Assembly (NCBI GenBank): GCA_040767925.1
Contig: JAXGNN010000003.1
Location: forward strand, 323,267 to 387,266
Length of the DNA stretch: 64,000 nucleotides
Reading direction: 5' to 3'
From: Christensenellales bacterium
Lineage (GTDB): Bacteria > Bacillota > Clostridia > Christensenellales > CAG-138
Every line of letters begins with the position of its first letter. The first letter of the stretch is position 1. Both the position numbers and the translations under genes were made by a program. The notes under the pieces were generated by a model. That model was given only the letters and a program-made list of their open reading frames with translations, did no database searches and was not told where the DNA came from. Shown piece by piece: positions 1-10,119 of the stretch.

Positions 1-296
1 TGCATGAAACCCTCGTTTCCCGAGGCGAAGGGAAGGCCCGTTTCCTCCCGGATGGGGAGCGCGTCCATGTCCGCGCGAAACGCGGTCGTGCGCACGGGGT
101 CCTTGGCGAGAAAGGCGGCCTTCACGCCCGTGCCCGCGATGCGCTCGAGCCTGTCGGGCGCAAGCGCTAAAAGATAGTCGTACACGTACTGCGAGGTTTC
201 GAATTCCCGGTATCCCGCCTCCGGCATCGCGTGGAGCGCGCGCCTGAGGCGCGCAAGCTCGGGCAAAAGGGCGAGGATCTCGCTTCGTATTTCCAT
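1..296 (-). CDS. M20D-family amidohydrolase (N-acyl-L-amino-acid amidohydrolase/hippuricase-like), 5' part only; gene continues beyond the left window edge
   Basis: Own translation of the minus strand from ATG at 296-294: MEIRSEILALLPELARLRRALHAMPEAGYREFETSQYVYDYL...TAFRADMDALPIREETGLPFAS. This carries the HxxPE ... RADMDALP N-terminal signature of M20D amidohydrolases. It is not in the ORF track because the window edge cuts it. Confidence 0.6.
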   Translation of the reverse strand, partial: MEIRSEILALLPELARLRRALHAMPEAGYREFETSQYVYDYLLALAPDRLERIAGTGVKAAFLAKDPVRTTAFRADMDALPIREETGLPFASGNEGFM

Positions 297-355
297 TTTT
301 CGCCTCCGGTGATTGTTACGCGTAGTATATCACCGGAGGCGAAGCATGCGCAATC

Positions 356-568
356 TCAAAGGAGCACATACTCCTTGGGCTCGTAGCCCGCGTCCTCGAC
401 GGCGGCGCGCAGCGCGTCCTCGCCGACATCCCTTGTCAGCGTGATCTCGGCGCTCTTCGCCGCGAGGTCTACCTTCGCCTCGACGCCCTCTATGGCGTTG
501 AGCGCCTTCTCCACGCGCGCCTTGCAGTGGCCGCACGACATGCCCTCGATTTTCATCCTCGCGTTCAT
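356..568 (-). CDS. copZ: Heavy-metal-associated (HMA) domain metallochaperone, CopZ-like
   Basis: ORF 356..592 carries the GMxCxxC motif (MKIEGMSCGHCKARVEKAL). Start trimmed to ATG 568, which lies 8 nt after GGAGG. Confidence 0.8.
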   Translation of the reverse strand: MNARMKIEGMSCGHCKARVEKALNAIEGVEAKVDLAAKSAEITLTRDVGEDALRAAVEDAGYEPKEYVLL

Positions 569-686
569 CCTAAAAACCTCCGTTCTCTTCATTCTTTTTG
601 ACTGTTTTTCATTCTTTTTCGTTTCGGCGCGTTTTTCCGGCCGCGCATTTTCTTTACAGCCGGGCTTTTCATGCTATGATTATAGC

Positions 687-1586
687 ATGCGCGACCGCAT
701 TGAGAAAGCCGCCCTGCGGCACGGCTTCGACGCCGTTTATTTCCTCTCTTCCCTGCCCCTTTCCGCGTGGCGGGAAGCGGCTTCGCGCTCTGGCGTCGGC
801 CGCGGCATGGACTGGGATGTGCCGCGCGCGTTCCCGAAAGCCAAATGCGTCGTCTTGCTGGCCGGCGCGTATTCCCCTTTCGCGGAGGAAAAGCGCATAC
901 CCGCCTATTACCTGCGCGAGAACCGTGGATATTTCGAAGCGAGAGCGCTCTCGAAGGAAATCGCGTCGCAAGGGTTTTACTGCGAGGCGGCCTGGCTGCC
1001 CGTGCGCGCGCTCGCGCTCGCAAACGGCGTCGGCGCGCCGTGCAGGAACGGCCTTCTTGCTCTGCCCGGGTTCGGCACGCGCACGGCGCTTTTCGCCCTC
1101 GCGACGGACGCCTGCGATCCGCTCCCCAGCGCTTCGGATACCCCGGGCTGCCCCGACGCCTGCGACGCCTGCGCCCGCGCCTGCCCGACGGGGGCGATTT
1201 CCAAAGGCGGGCTCGACGTGAAAAAATGCATCCGCTCCCATATGAATGGTGCCGCGCATCCGTCCTTTGTTCTGGAGAAACTTTCCTCCTATCTCGGCTG
1301 CGATATTTGCCAGCGCGTCTGCCCAAAGAACGCCGGGCTGAAAACGGCCGAGCCGACGGGCGGGATGCGCGCCGCGTTCGACCTTCGCCGCCTCATATTA
1401 GGAGATACCAAGGACGCGCGGGCGCTCGTGGGCAGGAACGTCACGGGCGGCGGCAAGCTCACCGTCGAGGCGATCGCCTTCGCCGCGCGGGACGGCCTCT
1501 ATCAGGAGGAAATCCGCGCCGCACTCTCATCCCCTCACCCCGCCGTGCGGGACGCGGCCGAATGGGCGCTGGAAAGATACCCTTAA
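687..1586 (+). CDS. queG: Epoxyqueuosine reductase (QueG)-like 4Fe-4S protein
   Basis: ORF 441..1586 trimmed to ATG 687 (MRDRIEKAALRHGFDAVYF). It has two Cys clusters (CPDACDACARACPTGAI and CDICQRVCPKN) and a C-terminal HEAT-like HPAVRDAAEWALERY, which is the QueG layout. It is shorter than canonical QueG, so the product call is tentative. Confidence 0.6.
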   Translation: MRDRIEKAALRHGFDAVYFLSSLPLSAWREAASRSGVGRGMDWDVPRAFPKAKCVVLLAGAYSPFAEEKRIPAYYLRENRGYFEARALSKEIASQGFYCEAAWLPVRALALANGVGAPCRNGLLALPGFGTRTALFALATDACDPLPSASDTPGCPDACDACARACPTGAISKGGLDVKKCIRSHMNGAAHPSFVLEKLSSYLGCDICQRVCPKNAGLKTAEPTGGMRAAFDLRRLILGDTKDARALVGRNVTGGGKLTVEAIAFAARDGLYQEEIRAALSSPHPAVRDAAEWALERYP

Positions 1587-1624
1587 TTTTTCTCCTTGCA
1601 AACGCGTTGGATTCTCAGTACAAT

Positions 1625-1903
1625 GATTCTGCCGCGCTAGGCGGGGAGATAGCGGTGCCCTATTCCTGCAATCCGCTACAGCAGGGTACAATTCCCGTTC
1701 CGAGGCCCGGACCTGTGGGGTCCGGAATCGGCAAGGAGCGTCGATGGCCGGGTCCCGTGCAATCGGAGGCCGTGAACCATGTCAGGTCCTGACGGAAGCA
1801 GCATTAAGCGGATGCGCCGATGTGCCGCGGGAAAGCCTGGCCGGAGCCACCTGCCGCATCTACCGCCCGGAGGCCTGCCGGTCGAAGAACGGGTGCGCGG
1901 CGT
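1625..1903 (+). ncRNA. ffs: Signal recognition particle RNA, long Bacillus/Firmicutes type (scRNA with Alu domain)
   Basis: Strong resemblance to B. subtilis scRNA as I recall it: 5' GCCGCGCTAGGCGGGGAGATAGCGGTGCCCTATTCCTGCAATCCGCTACAGCAGGG (Alu domain). The S-domain core is GAACCATGTCAGGTCCTGACGGAAGCAGCATTAAGCG...GTGCCGCGGGAAAGCCTGG. The 3' GGGTGCGCGGCG pairs with the 5' end. A terminator follows. Ends are accurate to about 5 nt. Confidence 0.85.
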
Positions 1904-1905
1904 TC

Positions 1906-1932
1906 AAAAAAAGCCTTATCGAGGCTTTTTTT
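1906..1932. terminator. Bidirectional rho-independent terminator between ffs and the convergent GNAT gene
   Basis: AAAAAAAGCCT-tatcg-AGGCTTTTTTT: a perfect stem flanked by an A-run and a T-run. Confidence 0.75.
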
Positions 1933-1934
1933 GT

Positions 1935-2468
1935 TTACTGCTGTTCAGGATTCAAGGCTGTTTTTCCAAGATCGAACAGCAGGATATTCTCGGTGAGGAT
2001 GTGGCCGCCCTGCGCCTCATCCTGCCTTTGGCCGACGATAACGCCGCCCATCCTCTCGTAAAACGCGCAAAAAGGGTTGCCCACGAGGCAGTTGACGATC
2101 ATGGCGCGATAGCCGGCTAAGACGAGCTTCTCCTTCGCCGCGCGGAACAGCGCTTTTCCGACGCCCGTTCCCTGGAAGGGTTTGAGCACATACAGCGCGG
2201 CGATCTCGCCCGCATCCGCGTAAGCTTCGTTTCGTGATTTGCCGTACATGCAAAAACCTATGACGACGCCTTCCTCCACGGCGACAAAGATGCCAGCGCC
2301 CCGCTCGATATCCGCCCGGCGGCGTTTGGCGGCGTTGATCACGCCGTCTATGCGCGCGTCGATGAGCGCGTCCGGCATGAGGCCCGCATACGTCGTTTTC
2401 CACGTGTACGCGCCGACGAGCGCGATGCCGAGCGCATCCCCGGGCACGGCGTCCCTGATTTCGATCAT
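1935..2468 (-). CDS. GNAT family N-acetyltransferase
   Basis: ORF 1935..2495 trimmed to ATG 2468 (GGAGG 6 nt upstream). Acetyl-CoA motif A is present: LYVLKPFQGTGVGKALF. Confidence 0.8.
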   Translation of the reverse strand: MIEIRDAVPGDALGIALVGAYTWKTTYAGLMPDALIDARIDGVINAAKRRRADIERGAGIFVAVEEGVVIGFCMYGKSRNEAYADAGEIAALYVLKPFQGTGVGKALFRAAKEKLVLAGYRAMIVNCLVGNPFCAFYERMGGVIVGQRQDEAQGGHILTENILLFDLGKTALNPEQQ

Positions 2469-2565
2469 GCGCACCCTCCTCAAAAGCGATAGCAAACGGC
2501 GCGAACCTGCTTTGCCAGCCCGTCCGCGCCGCCGGAAGCTATCCTGTCCCTTTGTCTGGGAGTCG

Positions 2566-2937
2566 TTACTCGGCCTTCTCCACCGGCGCTTCGGGCGCGT
2601 TCTTCCTGACGCTCTCGACGCCGTTGAGGCAGCTTGCCTTGGCCTTATAGCCCTCGGACACCGCGATGATCTCGCCGTTGGTGGCCTTGAGGCGGAAGCG
2701 ATACTCGCCCGCCTTATCGGTGTAAGCCTCGAACTTGGGGTGCTTGGCAGTCGCGAAGCCCTCGACGGTCTGATCCTCGAGGTTGGCGGCGGGCGCGTTC
2801 TTCCGGACGCTCTCGACGCCCTTCAGGCATGCGGCCTCGGTCGTATAAACCTCGGAGTTGGCGATCACTTCCCCGTTGGAGGCCTTGAGGTCGAACTTAT
2901 AGCCGCTGGAAACCTGCTTTACGATGAACTTTCCCAT
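2566..2937 (-). CDS. YegP-family protein (tandem DUF1508/UPF0339 repeats)
   Basis: ORF trimmed to ATG 2937 (GGAAGGAG 7 nt upstream). Two internal repeats: KFDLKASNGEVIANSEVYTTEAACLKGVESVRKNAP and RFRLKATNGEIIAVSEGYKAKASCLNGVESVRKNAP. Confidence 0.8.
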   Translation of the reverse strand: MGKFIVKQVSSGYKFDLKASNGEVIANSEVYTTEAACLKGVESVRKNAPAANLEDQTVEGFATAKHPKFEAYTDKAGEYRFRLKATNGEIIAVSEGYKAKASCLNGVESVRKNAPEAPVEKAE

Positions 2938-3086
2938 AAATGTGCTCCTTCCAAATCTTTTGTGGCGCGTCTTTTCCATAATATTACACTCATTGCGCGT
3001 CGAATATCAAGTGACTTTGTCACTATTTGGAAGAAAACACCCGTAATTTTATGCAGGAACCGCGCCCGCCGGCCGGGAAACGCCGT

Positions 3087-3905
3087 TTATTCATGCCGGA
3101 AAGCCTTCGCCAGCGCCGCGAGAAGCCCCGGCTCCACCTGCTCCGCGCGCGCGTTCTCAGGAATATCCAGGGAGGCGAGCAGCGCGCGCGCTTCCTCCCT
3201 GCCGAACCCCGCCGCGCGCAGGTTGTTGACAAGCGTCTTCCTGCGCATGGAGAAGGCGACCTCGAGCAGTTTGGGCAGCGCGGAGGCCGCCTCGGCCCCC
3301 GCCCGCCGCGAGAACGCGAGGACGACGCTCTCCACCTCCGGCGGCGGATAATAGCTCGCCGGGGAAAGCGCCATCAGCGCCGCGCAGTCGTAATATAGCC
3401 GCGTGAGCGCCGCGAGCGGCCCGTACTGCTTCGTGCCGACGCCCGCCGTAAAGCGCGCGGCGGCCTCCTTCTGTACCATCAGCGCCATGCGCTCGGGCAA
3501 TATGGGGCAGGAGAGCAGCTTCATCGCGATGGGCGTCGTCGCGTAATAGGGCAGGTTGCCCGCGACGCAGTATTTCCCGGCGCCCCGCGCGTAACCCTCA
3601 AGGTCGAACTTCAGAAAATCCGCGTGGACGATCTCCAGCTTCCCGTCGCCGCCGTACGCGCGGGCGAGCGCATCCACCATCGCCCCGTCGATTTCAACCG
3701 CCGTGACGCGCGAGGCGCGCTCCATTAGCGGCAGCGTCAGCGCGCCGAGGCCGGGGCCGATCTCCAGCGCCGGCAGGCCCGCGATAGAGGCCGCGTCCGC
3801 GATGCGGCGCGCCGCGCCGTCGTCCGCCAAAAAATTTTGCCCCAGCGCCCTGTTGGGCGTGAGGCCAAATTCCGCGAGCTTCTGTTTGACGGCCTGCGCG
3901 CTCAA
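3087..3905 (-). CDS. rsmA: 16S rRNA (adenine1518-N6/adenine1519-N6)-dimethyltransferase RsmA/KsgA
   Basis: LGQNFLADDG and the SAM motif LEIGPGLGALT are present. The likely start is TTG 3905, overlapping the TGA of the upstream gene (ATTGA). The alternative ATG at 3953 would overlap the upstream gene by 52 nt. Confidence 0.9.
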   Translation of the reverse strand: MSAQAVKQKLAEFGLTPNRALGQNFLADDGAARRIADAASIAGLPALEIGPGLGALTLPLMERASRVTAVEIDGAMVDALARAYGGDGKLEIVHADFLKFDLEGYARGAGKYCVAGNLPYYATTPIAMKLLSCPILPERMALMVQKEAAARFTAGVGTKQYGPLAALTRLYYDCAALMALSPASYYPPPEVESVVLAFSRRAGAEAASALPKLLEVAFSMRRKTLVNNLRAAGFGREEARALLASLDIPENARAEQVEPGLLAALAKAFRHE

Positions 3906-5014
3906 TGCTTGCCGAGCCGCACGAGCACGACCACGTTGCGCTTCCGGCCCCACCGGATCGCCTCGCTCCTGGAATTGAAGAACAGGTCGAGCTGATTGAC
4001 GAGCGAGCCGTCCGGGTTCGTATACTTCCGGAACGCCCCCGTATCGAGCGCTTTTCCGTATCCGTAGTTCGGCACCCAGATCTCCGTATAATACGGGATA
4101 TAGTACGTATTGACCGCGATCGTGCCGAGGTTCGGGCGCGTGCCGCAGGAGGTGATTTTGTCGCTGTCATAGGCCGTGATGTAGTCCATGCGCATCTCCA
4201 CCCAGCCGTCCTGCCCCGCGGTCGGCTTTTTCTTATAGAGGCGCCATTCACCCTTATAGTTCGTCTGATAATGGATCTTCGTGCCGTGTTTATAGATTTC
4301 GTCCGTCGCCGGCGTGACGACGACCTGGTCGACCACCTCGCGGGAAACCTCCACGCCGTCCTTCCTGACGATGCGCTGCGTCACCTGCTTGGTCCCGTCC
4401 GCACCCGCCTGCATGAGCACGGGCGCGGTGTCGTTATAGACGTTTTCGTCGTATACGGAGACTTCCTTGTAATTGAGCGTCTTGTAGGAGGTGGTATAGG
4501 TCGTTTCCACATCGATATGGACGATTTTCATGCCGGCCGAGAGGTTCTTGAAGGAGGCGGCCGTCAACTCGTCATGCACGTCGTATTCGACGCCCGCGGC
4601 GCGCAGCGCGTCGCCCACGGTGCCGGAGGTCATATATAAAACGGTAATTTTATCCTTCGTGCGCACGGCCACGGGAAAAGAGCGGGAGACGGCGATCCCC
4701 ATGCCGTTCGCGAGCGCGCTTCCCGGCGAAACGGACAGTTCGTCCCCATCGCGCAGCCCGATGCCCGTTTCCATGAGAAGCGACGCGGCGTCCCCGTCCG
4801 GCAGCACGCGGCAGTTGAGCTTCGCGCCGTCCGCCTCCACCGTCACCATGACGCGCGGGTCGGGTTTGAGCGCGCTCACAAGCAGAAAAATCCCCGCCGC
4901 GAGCACCGCCGCAACCAGGGTAAAATCGAGCACGGCGAGGCGCCAGGAGCTTCCCCCCGGCAGCGCGGGTTTGACGGAATCCCAAATACGCTTAAGTTGA
5001 TTCGCCCTTTTCAT
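3902..5014 (-). CDS. YabE-like cell-wall protein (N-terminal TM anchor, DUF348/G5 region, C-terminal 3D/MltA-like domain)
   Basis: MKRANQLKRIW plus a TM helix. The C-terminal stretch ITAYDSDKITSCGTRPNLGTIAVN...IWVPNYGYGKALDTG is 3D-domain-like. Its position upstream of rsmA matches B. subtilis yabE-(rnmV)-ksgA. Start ATG 5014. Confidence 0.7.
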   Translation of the reverse strand: MKRANQLKRIWDSVKPALPGGSSWRLAVLDFTLVAAVLAAGIFLLVSALKPDPRVMVTVEADGAKLNCRVLPDGDAASLLMETGIGLRDGDELSVSPGSALANGMGIAVSRSFPVAVRTKDKITVLYMTSGTVGDALRAAGVEYDVHDELTAASFKNLSAGMKIVHIDVETTYTTSYKTLNYKEVSVYDENVYNDTAPVLMQAGADGTKQVTQRIVRKDGVEVSREVVDQVVVTPATDEIYKHGTKIHYQTNYKGEWRLYKKKPTAGQDGWVEMRMDYITAYDSDKITSCGTRPNLGTIAVNTYYIPYYTEIWVPNYGYGKALDTGAFRKYTNPDGSLVNQLDLFFNSRSEAIRWGRKRNVVVLVRLGKH

Positions 5015-5020
5015 GCGGCT

Positions 5021-5050
5021 ATTATACAGCCCCGGCCGAACTTGTGTCAA
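5021..5050 (-). promoter_or_regulatory. Consensus sigma-A-type promoter; implies a leaderless yabE-like mRNA
   Basis: Minus strand reads TTGACA-18 nt-TATAAT-agccgc-ATG. The -10 element ends 6 nt before the start codon and there is no Shine-Dalgarno sequence. Confidence 0.55.
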
Positions 5051-5085
5051 ATTAACGAATTATGGCTTTCCTGCGCGCCCCGGCA

Positions 5086-5115
5086 TTTACATTTTCCGTC
5101 AAAGACATATATAAT
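5086..5115 (+). promoter_or_regulatory. Putative sigma-A promoter of the PBP gene
   Basis: TTTACA-18 nt-TATAAT, 28 nt upstream of ATG 5144, which has a GAGGAG RBS. Confidence 0.45.
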
Positions 5116-5143
5116 GAACCCGTAAAGCTGAGAGGAGCTACAA

Positions 5144-7303
5144 ATGAAACGATACATTTCGCTGCTGCTTGCTTTCATCGTGCTGTTCCCGGTTCTGCCT
5201 CTCTCGGGCTGCGGGAAGTCGCTGCGCGGCACGGGCGCAGGGGCGGTCGCCGATTACCTCGAGTTCATCCGGACGGGCGACTACGCTTCCGCCTACGACA
5301 TGCTGACCGCCGCCGTGAAGAAGGAGGCGGAAGATTCCAAGAAGGGCAAGATCACGCGGGAGGAGTTCGTCGCCAAATACACGAACATATTCGAGGCGCT
5401 CGAAATCACCGCGGTCGAATACGAAGCCGTCCGGTGCGGCGAAGGGGAGATCCTCTGCGCCGGCAGCTTCAAGGCGATCTATCGCTCGGAGTATACGGGC
5501 GACCTGACCAACGAGTTCGACATCCTCACGCGGCGCGAGGGCGGCGAGTGGCGCATCGACTGGTCTCCCGCGCTCATCTTCCCCGAGATGGAGTGGGGCG
5601 ACACGGTGCGCGTCGCCTCCCTGTACGCGAAGCGCGGCGAGATCATCGCCGGCGGCGAGGTGCTGGCGTCCACCGAGGGCGCGGTTTCCGTCTACGCCGC
5701 CGTGTCGAAAATCGACGATGTCTCGCTTTTCACCGCGCAGGTGGCGACGCTGCTCGCGATGAAGCAGGAGAGCGTCCTTAAGGCGCTCGACAAGGCCTAC
5801 GATGACGTCGCTATCATCAAGCAGTTCTATTCGGACGAGCTTTCCGAGTCCGTCCGGGAGCAGCTGCTCAACATACCGGGCGTGGGCGTCGACTACGGCA
5901 ACTACGGCGCCCACAGGGAATATCCCTACGGCAGCCTGCTCGCCCACCTCATCGGCTACGTGGGCAGCGTGCCCAACGACAGCCCGGCGGCGCTCAAAAG
6001 CGCGCTCGCCGCGCTCAACGAAGGGCGCACGGAGCAGGACGGGCTCTATACCGCCGACTCGACCGTCGGCCGCCTCGGCCTCGAGAAGCAGTACGAAAAG
6101 GAACTGCGCGGCACGGACGGGGAGATGGTCTATATCTGCACCGCGGAGGGCACAAACCGCAAAACCTTATACAGGCGGGACGCCGTCAACGGCATGGACG
6201 TCGCGCTCACAATCGACATCGCGCTGCAGCGGCGCCTCGAGGAGGTCATGGAGCTCGTGCTCTACGGCGACACGACCGCGGGCGCCGCAATCGTCATCAA
6301 CCCCAACACGGGCGCGATCCAGGCGATGTGCTCCTACCCCAGCTATGACCTCAACCTCTTTACGCGGGGCATATCCGCGGCGGATTACGAAGCGCTTGCC
6401 CAAAACCCCGCCAAACCCCTCTTTAACCGGGCGACGCAGGGCCTCTATCCCCCCGGCTCCACGATGAAGGTGTTCACGGCGGCGGCGGCGCTCGACCTCG
6501 GCGTGCTCGACCCGAATTACGCCTTCGACGCGTCCCAGATCGAGGACGATTACTGGACGCCCGAGGATTACGGCGCGTGGATCTGGACGCCCATCAAGCG
6601 CACGCACATCAACTACCCCATCGCCGGGCCGCTCAACATGCGCAAGGCCTTCATCCATTCGGACAACATCTATTTCGCCAACTGCGCGCTCATGACGGGC
6701 TGGGAGAGCTTCATGAGCTACATGGAGGCGGTCGGGTTCACGCAGGCGATCCCCTTCGATATCGGCGTGGCGGCGCCGCAACTCCACAATGAGGATGCGG
6801 AGAAGAGCTATAAGCTCCTTGCGGACAGCGGCTACGGGCAGGGCGAAATACTCGTGACGCCCCTGCAACTCGCCGCGATGTTCTCCGCGCTCGCCAACGG
6901 GGGCGACATCATGGCGCCCTATGTCGTAAAAGGCCTGTACCGCGAGGACGGGATCCTCTCCCGCGAAGCCGTCGGCCGCGCGCCGAGCGCCTGGAGAACG
7001 GGCGTCATCAGCGACGCGGCGATCTCCACGCTCATCCCGATGCTCGAGGCCGTCGTCGACCCCGACATCAACGGCACGGGGCGCAACTTGAAGGTCAAGG
7101 GCTGCAAAGTCGCCGCGAAGACAGGCACGGCGGAAATCGGCAACGACAAGAGCCGCGAAATCTCCTGGTTCGCGGGCTACCGCGTGGGCGTGTCCGAAGA
7201 GGACGCGCGGCTCGTGCTCGTCATGCTCGAGATTCCCGCAAAGGAAGAATTTACGCAGCTCAAATTCGACATCGCGCGGGCGCTGCTCAATTTGGGGAAC
7301 TGA
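5144..7303 (+). CDS. Class B penicillin-binding protein (lipoprotein, NTF2-like MecA_N-type N-domain plus transpeptidase)
   Basis: Lipobox LPLSGC. Transpeptidase motifs are present: STMK (SxxK), HSDNIYF (SxN) and AKTGTAE (KTG). Confidence 0.9.
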   Translation: MKRYISLLLAFIVLFPVLPLSGCGKSLRGTGAGAVADYLEFIRTGDYASAYDMLTAAVKKEAEDSKKGKITREEFVAKYTNIFEALEITAVEYEAVRCGEGEILCAGSFKAIYRSEYTGDLTNEFDILTRREGGEWRIDWSPALIFPEMEWGDTVRVASLYAKRGEIIAGGEVLASTEGAVSVYAAVSKIDDVSLFTAQVATLLAMKQESVLKALDKAYDDVAIIKQFYSDELSESVREQLLNIPGVGVDYGNYGAHREYPYGSLLAHLIGYVGSVPNDSPAALKSALAALNEGRTEQDGLYTADSTVGRLGLEKQYEKELRGTDGEMVYICTAEGTNRKTLYRRDAVNGMDVALTIDIALQRRLEEVMELVLYGDTTAGAAIVINPNTGAIQAMCSYPSYDLNLFTRGISAADYEALAQNPAKPLFNRATQGLYPPGSTMKVFTAAAALDLGVLDPNYAFDASQIEDDYWTPEDYGAWIWTPIKRTHINYPIAGPLNMRKAFIHSDNIYFANCALMTGWESFMSYMEAVGFTQAIPFDIGVAAPQLHNEDAEKSYKLLADSGYGQGEILVTPLQLAAMFSALANGGDIMAPYVVKGLYREDGILSREAVGRAPSAWRTGVISDAAISTLIPMLEAVVDPDINGTGRNLKVKGCKVAAKTGTAEIGNDKSREISWFAGYRVGVSEEDARLVLVMLEIPAKEEFTQLKFDIARALLNLGN

Positions 7304-7346
7304 TAAAAAGAACGGAGTGCAACGATATTTTGTATCGGTCAGGCAT

Positions 7347-7375
7347 TTGACATTGCCTGTCAATTGACGTAAAAT
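7347..7375 (+). promoter_or_regulatory. Putative sigma-A promoter with an overlapping palindrome, upstream of the CoA-transferase operon
   Basis: TTGACA-17 nt-TAAAAT. The -35/spacer region contains TGACAttgccTGTCA, and CAGGCA...TGCCTG is also present. Confidence 0.45.
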
Positions 7376-7464
7376 CAAGATGTGCCGGCCGAGTCAAGTG
7401 TGTTAAAAACATCGGATTCGCCCGTTGATCTACACATCACGCAACGGAGGAATAACACGATCGT

Positions 7465-8154
7465 ATGAAACAGCAGATCATCACCGCGCAGCAGGCCGCA
7501 GACATGATCCCGGACGGGGCGACGATCATGATGGCCGGCTTCATGGGCTGCGGCAGCGCATTGGATATCATCTACGCGCTCGCGAAAACCGGCAAGGGCA
7601 ATTTCCACGCCATCATCAACGATTCTTCCATACACAACGGGCCCGACGGCAACGCGTACTACAGCTGGGCCCAGCTCATCCATAACGGCCAGCTGGAAGG
7701 CTACATCGGCAGCCACCTGGGCACGAATCCCGAGGCGACGCAGCTCTGGGCCGAAGGCAAGCTGCGCGTCGACCTCGTTCCGCAGGGCAGCTTCGTTGAA
7801 ATGATTCGCGCCGGCGGCGCGGGCCTCGGCGGCGTCATCACGCCCACGGGCGTCGGCACGCTCGTCGAGGACAGCCCGCTCGTATACGGCAAGGTGAACT
7901 ACGACGGCAAGGATTTCTTCGTCATGAAGCCGCTCACCGCCGAATTCGCGCTGATCAACGCCTATAAAGTCGACAGGATGGGCAACTGCTGGTATAAGGG
8001 CAGCGCGCGAAACTTCAACCCGACCATGGCCACCGCCGCGAAGACCGTCATCGTCGAGGCGGAGGAGCTCGTCGAGGTCGGCGAGATCGAGCCGGAGAAC
8101 ATCGTTACCCCCGGCGTGCTCATCGATTACATCGTCGTCAGGGAGGCCAAATAA
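7465..8154 (+). CDS. atoD: Acetate/3-oxoacid CoA-transferase subunit A (AtoD/CtfA/ScoA type)
   Basis: 229 aa and collinear with E. coli AtoD as I recall it (GGFMG...SHLGTNPE...VPQGSFVEMIRAGGAGLGGVITPTGVGT...SARNFNP). Confidence 0.85.
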   Translation: MKQQIITAQQAADMIPDGATIMMAGFMGCGSALDIIYALAKTGKGNFHAIINDSSIHNGPDGNAYYSWAQLIHNGQLEGYIGSHLGTNPEATQLWAEGKLRVDLVPQGSFVEMIRAGGAGLGGVITPTGVGTLVEDSPLVYGKVNYDGKDFFVMKPLTAEFALINAYKVDRMGNCWYKGSARNFNPTMATAAKTVIVEAEELVEVGEIEPENIVTPGVLIDYIVVREAK

Positions 8155-8156
8155 CC

Positions 8157-8834
8157 ATGGATAAGAATAAACTCAAGCCCTTTATCGCAAGGCGCGCCGC
8201 GCAGGAATTCAAGGACGGCATGACGGTCAACCTCGGCATCGGCCTGCCCACGCTGTGCACCTCGTTCCTCCCCGAAGGCGTGCATATCTCCGTCAACTCG
8301 GAGCTTGGCATCGTCGGCCAGGGCCCCACCCCCACGCCGGAAACCGCCGACCCCATCCACGTCGTAGACGCGGGCGGCCTCCCTGCGACTCTGGGCTGGG
8401 GCGGCGCTTTTGTGGACAGCGCCTTCAACTTCTCGCTCATCCGCGGCGGCCATATCGACGCCGTGGTGCTCGGCGGCCTCGAGGTGGACGCCGAGGGCAA
8501 CCTCGCCAACTGGATCATCCCCGGCAAGCGCATGCCCGGCATGGGCGGCGCGATGGATCTGCTCGTCGGGGCGAAGAAGGTCATCGTCGCCATGGAGCAC
8601 ACCGCCAAGGGCAACCCCAAAATACTCGAGAAGTGCAGGCTCCCCTACACCGCAGTCAACTGCGTCGATATGATCATCACCGAAATGGGCGTCATGAAAG
8701 TCACGGAAGAGGGCATCGAGCTCGTCGAGTACAACCCGGAATTCACGCTCGAGGAGATTCAGGCCGCCACCGAGGCCAAGCTCATCATCTCGCCATCCAT
8801 TCAACCGATGGACCTTACGGGGTTTGAGAACTAA
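8157..8834 (+). CDS. atoA: Acetate/3-oxoacid CoA-transferase subunit B (AtoA/CtfB/ScoB type)
   Basis: 225 aa. It starts 3 nt after subunit A and carries the SENG-like catalytic region (VNSELGIVGQG) and MGGAMDL. Confidence 0.85.
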   Translation: MDKNKLKPFIARRAAQEFKDGMTVNLGIGLPTLCTSFLPEGVHISVNSELGIVGQGPTPTPETADPIHVVDAGGLPATLGWGGAFVDSAFNFSLIRGGHIDAVVLGGLEVDAEGNLANWIIPGKRMPGMGGAMDLLVGAKKVIVAMEHTAKGNPKILEKCRLPYTAVNCVDMIITEMGVMKVTEEGIELVEYNPEFTLEEIQAATEAKLIISPSIQPMDLTGFEN

Positions 8835-8864
8835 GTAAGCATCGCGAAAAAGGAGAGAGAAAAA

Positions 8865-10046
<1,182 letters not shown>

Positions 10047-10073
10047 GCCTGAATCGCTGAATCAGATAAGCAG

Positions 10074-10110
10074 CGGCCCCACAAACGCGGGGCCGTTCTC
10101 TCATTTCTGT
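10074..10110 (+). terminator. Probable terminator after the thiolase gene
   Basis: CGGCCCC-acaaacgc-GGGGCCG followed by a T-rich tract (TTCTCTCATTTCTGTT). Confidence 0.45.
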
Positions 10111-10119
10111 TATAGGTTG

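Noticed and set aside
767-2120. Track ORFs 767..1792, 1744..2061 and 1779..2120 spanning the queG-GNAT spacer.
   Set aside because: The region is explained by the queG frame and then by the SRP RNA and its terminator. The translations are Arg/Pro-rich with no motifs.
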